Positions 26,289 to 29,543 of a DNA stretch of 29,543 nucleotides are shown here, piece after piece; positions within the stretch are counted from its first letter, which is position 1; each line of letters starts with the position of its first letter. Both the position numbers and the translations under genes were made by a program. The DNA is taken from contig JASFYX010000028.1 in assembly GCA_045046885.1 (NCBI GenBank), positions 1 to 29,543 on the forward strand. Direction: 5' to 3'. Source of the DNA: Flavobacteriaceae bacterium (lineage in GTDB: Bacteria; Bacteroidota; Bacteroidia; Flavobacteriales; Flavobacteriaceae). The notes under the pieces are model-generated. The model worked only from the letters and a program-made list of their open reading frames with translations. It ran no database searches and was not told where the DNA came from.

Positions 26289-27581
26289 TCAGTCATTAAT
26301 TGCAGATTCTATAATTTGAATAAACTGCCAACCAGTGGCATCATCAATTAGACCGCTGGTCTGTTTCATTATTATTCCTATTAATTGTTCTTTAGGGTCT
26401 GCAAAATATTGCGTGTTAAAATAACCACCCCAATCAAAAGTTCCTTCGCTACCTCTACCGCCTTTAGAAGCACCTTTGGCATTGATAACCTCAAAAGCTA
26501 AACCGTAAAAACTTCCGGCTTCTTTCCAGATATTTAAAAATTGCTTCTGCATCATAAAATCAATAGTTGTTCTACTTAAAAAGCGTTTACCGTTATAGGT
26601 GCCATTATTGAGATACATTTGTAAAAATGTGGCATAGTCTAAGGCTGTACTAGACAAACCTCCTCCTCCAGAAAAATAAGTTTTAGCTCCTTTTATAGGA
26701 TAATTTGCCTCGAATAAATCACTTTTTAAAGGCTGCCATTTATCCTCTTTTCGTTCTTGAACTGTCACCAACCTATCGGCTTTTGCATCGGGTAAATAAA
26801 AATCGGTATCATTCATACCTAAAGGGTCAAAAAGTCGGGTTTGTAAAAATGTATCAAAAGGCAGTCCTGAAATAATTTCTACAAAATAGCCCAACACATC
26901 CAAACCTTCACTATAGACAAACTTTTCACCCGGATTTTGATGTAAGGGCATAGTGGCCAATTTTGTGATGTTTTCTTTTAAAGTCACAGGTTCTGTTGTA
27001 AATGCATCAATAATACCTGCTTTGTGGTAGATTTTCCTAAATCTGGCATCACGGTCTATCATGCCATAACCAATACCCGAAGTATGTGTTAACAAATGCC
27101 TTATAGTAATAGGCTTAGTACTCGGTTTGGTTGTAAAAGTCGAATCTTTTTCATTAAAAGTAGCGAGGACTCCCGTATTTTTGAATTCGGGAATGTACTT
27201 AGAAATAGGATCGTCTAATCTAAATTTACCTTCTTCCCAAAGCATCATGACAGCTGTGGCCGTAATAGCTTTTGTTTGCGAGGCTATCCTAAAAATAGCC
27301 TCCTTTGTCATAGGTTTTTTGGTCTGATTATTGGCTAAACCAAAAGCTTTGTGATAGACTATTTTACCCTTACGTGCTACGAGTACCACCATTCCGGGGA
27401 CTTTATTATCCGAAACAGCTGTTTTACAAATTGAATCCATTTGCGCTAAACGTGATGCAGACATACCTACACTGCTTGGTGTTGCAACAGCCAGCACTTC
27501 AGCCGATTTTTCTGATTTTATTTGTGTGCAAGATGTTAGCGATATAAAAATAACTAACAGTAATAATTTTAGATTTTTCAT
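26289..27581 (-). CDS. Serine hydrolase of the beta-lactamase / PBP-like (class C-type esterase) family, with a lipoprotein-type signal peptide.
   Basis: Signal and lipobox: MKNLKLLLLVIFISLTSC. SxxK active-site motif: IASQTKAI. A YxN-type region. Length 430 aa. Confidence 0.85.
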   Translation of the reverse strand: MKNLKLLLLVIFISLTSCTQIKSEKSAEVLAVATPSSVGMSASRLAQMDSICKTAVSDNKVPGMVVLVARKGKIVYHKAFGLANNQTKKPMTKEAIFRIASQTKAITATAVMMLWEEGKFRLDDPISKYIPEFKNTGVLATFNEKDSTFTTKPSTKPITIRHLLTHTSGIGYGMIDRDARFRKIYHKAGIIDAFTTEPVTLKENITKLATMPLHQNPGEKFVYSEGLDVLGYFVEIISGLPFDTFLQTRLFDPLGMNDTDFYLPDAKADRLVTVQERKEDKWQPLKSDLFEANYPIKGAKTYFSGGGGLSSTALDYATFLQMYLNNGTYNGKRFLSRTTIDFMMQKQFLNIWKEAGSFYGLAFEVINAKGASKGGRGSEGTFDWGGYFNTQYFADPKEQLIGIIMKQTSGLIDDATGWQFIQIIESAIND

Positions 27582-27709
27582 TTATTTAAGTTGTAATAGA
27601 TTAAAATTAATCAGTCCTTCAAATCTAGTAAAAAAGAAAGACTTTAAATTGCCATCCCATTTATTATCTATTTTAGCCTTTTTAGCTACATTTACACTTT
27701 ATTAAAATT

Positions 27710-28462
27710 ATGCAATTCCCATACGATTTACTAACCCTTATAGGTATTGGCTTTGTAGCGGGCTTTATCAATATTTTGGCAGGTGGTGGTTCTCTGCTCA
27801 CCTTACCCATTCTTATTTTTTTAGGTTTACCGCCTAATGTGGCCAATGGTACTAATCGTATTTCTATCGTTATTCAAAATGTATTTTCGGTTGCCGGATT
27901 TAAAAGTAAAGGCGTATCCGAATTCCCGTTTGCCGGATGGGTGGCTGTTTCTGCTTTCTTTGGCGCTATATTAGGCGCTAATATTGCCGTAGATATAAAA
28001 GGTGATTTATTCAATAAAATATTGGCTGTCATCATGTTTATTGTGGTGGTTTATATGCTTATAAATCCCAAAATAACGGTTGACCATACCGAACGTAAAA
28101 AAGGAAAATATTTTTGGATAAGCATTGTGGCCTTCTTTTTTGTGGGTGTTTACGGCGGATTTATCCAGGCCGGTGTGGGCTTTATTATGATTATGGCTTT
28201 ATCGAGCATCAATCATTTTACTCTGGTAAAAAGCAATGCTATCAAGGTTTTTGTCGCCCTTATTTACAACTTATCTTCCATTGCTATTTTTGCGATGTCG
28301 GGTATGATTAATTGGAAATTAGGTCTTTATCTGTCTATTGGTAATGCCCTTGGCGGATGGGTATCAAGTCGGTATCAAGTTAAAAAAGGCGATGGTTTTG
28401 TGCGTATATTTCTCATAATTATGATAGTAGTTATGGGTATTAAACTCTGGTTTTTCAAATAG
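27710..28462 (+). CDS. TauE/SafE (DUF81) family membrane transporter, a putative sulfite / organosulfonate exporter.
   Basis: About eight hydrophobic helices. Gly-rich repeats GFVAGFINILAGGGSLLTLP and IQAGVGFIMIMA are typical of the TauE/SafE duplication. Confidence 0.8.
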   Translation: MQFPYDLLTLIGIGFVAGFINILAGGGSLLTLPILIFLGLPPNVANGTNRISIVIQNVFSVAGFKSKGVSEFPFAGWVAVSAFFGAILGANIAVDIKGDLFNKILAVIMFIVVVYMLINPKITVDHTERKKGKYFWISIVAFFFVGVYGGFIQAGVGFIMIMALSSINHFTLVKSNAIKVFVALIYNLSSIAIFAMSGMINWKLGLYLSIGNALGGWVSSRYQVKKGDGFVRIFLIIMIVVMGIKLWFFK

Positions 28463-28505
28463 TATTTTAATTTTACCTTTGTAACAATTCTTTTAAGCGA
28501 TAAAA

Positions 28506-29543
28506 ATGACAGGAAATTCTTTCGGCAGACTATTTAAACTCACGACTTATGGCGAATCACACGGCCCAGCTATTGGCGGTATAATTGACGGCTGTCCGGC
28601 CGGATTAAAATTAGATTTCGAAGCCATTCAAGCCGAGCTCAACCGCCGTAAACCGGGGCAATCTAAAATAGTAACCCAGCGTAAAGAAGCCGATGAAGTG
28701 ATTTTTTTATCAGGTATTTTCGAAGGTAAAACCACAGGTGCGCCTATTGGGTTTCAAATACAAAACACCAATCAGAAATCTAAAGATTACAGTCATAACA
28801 ACGACGTTTTTCGTCCCTCACACGCCGATTACACCTACACTAAAAAATACGGCTTACGCGACTATCGTGGTGGTGGTCGTTCATCAGCGCGCGAAACAGC
28901 CAACTGGGTAGTAGCGGGTGCCATAGCCAAACAATTGTTAAAAGATATTTCAATACAAGCTTATACGTCGTCTGTGGGCGATTTATTCTTGGCAAAACCC
29001 TATCAAGAACTCGATTTATCACAAGTCGATTCAAATATTGTCCGTTGCCCTGATGCCAACATCGCACAGCAAATGATTGCAAAAATAGAAGCCGTCAAAA
29101 AACAAGGTGATACACTTGGCGGTACCATAACTTGTGTTATTAATAATGTCCCTGCAGGATTAGGCGAACCTGTTTTTGATAAACTCCACGCCGCTTTAGG
29201 TCAAGCTATGCTCAGCATCAATGCTGTAAAAGGTTTTGAATATGGTAGTGGTTTTTGCGGAGCACAAATGAAAGGCTCAAAACACAACGACTTATTTAAT
29301 ACCAATGGCAGTACAAAAACCAATCTGTCGGGTGGTATTCAAGGGGGTATCAGCAATGGTATGCCTATTTATTTTAGGGTGGCATTTAAACCTGTGGCCA
29401 CCTTATTACAAAAACAAGAAACAATTGACAGTAAAGGAAATAAAGTAACAATGCAAGGTAAAGGCCGTCACGACCCTTGTGTGGTACCACGCGCTGTACC
29501 TATTGTAGAAGCTTTAGCTGCTTTGGTTTTAGCTGATTTTTAT
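28506..29543 (+). CDS. aroC: Chorismate synthase, 3'-truncated by the window edge (346 codons present with no stop).
   Basis: [34 protein letters not shown] ... RPSHADYTY ... [11 protein letters not shown] ... [10 protein letters not shown]. The open frame on the plus strand runs from the ATG at 28506 to the end of the window. Confidence 0.93.
   Translation, partial: MTGNSFGRLFKLTTYGESHGPAIGGIIDGCPAGLKLDFEAIQAELNRRKPGQSKIVTQRKEADEVIFLSGIFEGKTTGAPIGFQIQNTNQKSKDYSHNNDVFRPSHADYTYTKKYGLRDYRGGGRSSARETANWVVAGAIAKQLLKDISIQAYTSSVGDLFLAKPYQELDLSQVDSNIVRCPDANIAQQMIAKIEAVKKQGDTLGGTITCVINNVPAGLGEPVFDKLHAALGQAMLSINAVKGFEYGSGFCGAQMKGSKHNDLFNTNGSTKTNLSGGIQGGISNGMPIYFRVAFKPVATLLQKQETIDSKGNKVTMQGKGRHDPCVVPRAVPIVEALAALVLADFY

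Noticed and set aside
1-29543. CRISPR arrays, IS elements or transposases, integrases, rRNA genes
   Set aside because: No regularly spaced direct repeats, no DDE/transposase or tyrosine-recombinase motifs, and no rRNA-like sequence were seen on either strand.

Overview
This window reads as a chromosomal segment from a Flavobacteriia-type Bacteroidota genome. It is AT-rich (roughly one-third GC by eye), it contains a type IX secretion (T9SS) C-terminal sorting domain, and it contains a TPR / transmembrane / AraC one-component regulator. Gene density is high and almost all long ORFs in the supplied track are credible genes.

Housekeeping genes recognised from diagnostic motifs:
- GTP cyclohydrolase I (folE)
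- histidyl-tRNA synthetase (hisS)
- CMP-KDO synthetase (kdsB)
- DEAD-box RNA helicase
- CspA-family cold-shock protein
- phosphoenolpyruvate carboxylase (ppc)
- chorismate synthase (aroC), which runs off the 3' end of the window
- an 85-nt tRNA-Ser(UGA) on the minus strand

Accessory-looking content:
- A secreted papain-family (C1) cysteine peptidase with a proline/lysine linker and an extra C-terminal domain, followed by a small co-transcribed secreted protein.
- A transmembrane TPR-AraC regulator located upstream of a lipoprotein gene that is translationally coupled to a 1187-aa T9SS-secreted gluzincin metalloprotease with LamG (laminin G-like lectin) domains.
- A three-gene membrane module directly abutting the 3' end of tRNA-Ser. 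It encodes an SPFH (Band_7_1-like) protein with a GYF-like domain, a 4-TM coiled-coil protein, and a zinc-ribbon tail-anchored protein. I consider this the most interesting candidate system in the window.
- The hisS gene carries an unusual in-frame insertion of about 115 aa that is extremely AT-rich.

I saw no CRISPR array, integrase, transposase or rRNA gene. Several stem-loops look like rho-independent terminators.

Every identification rests on motif recognition by eye. None has been confirmed by a database search.
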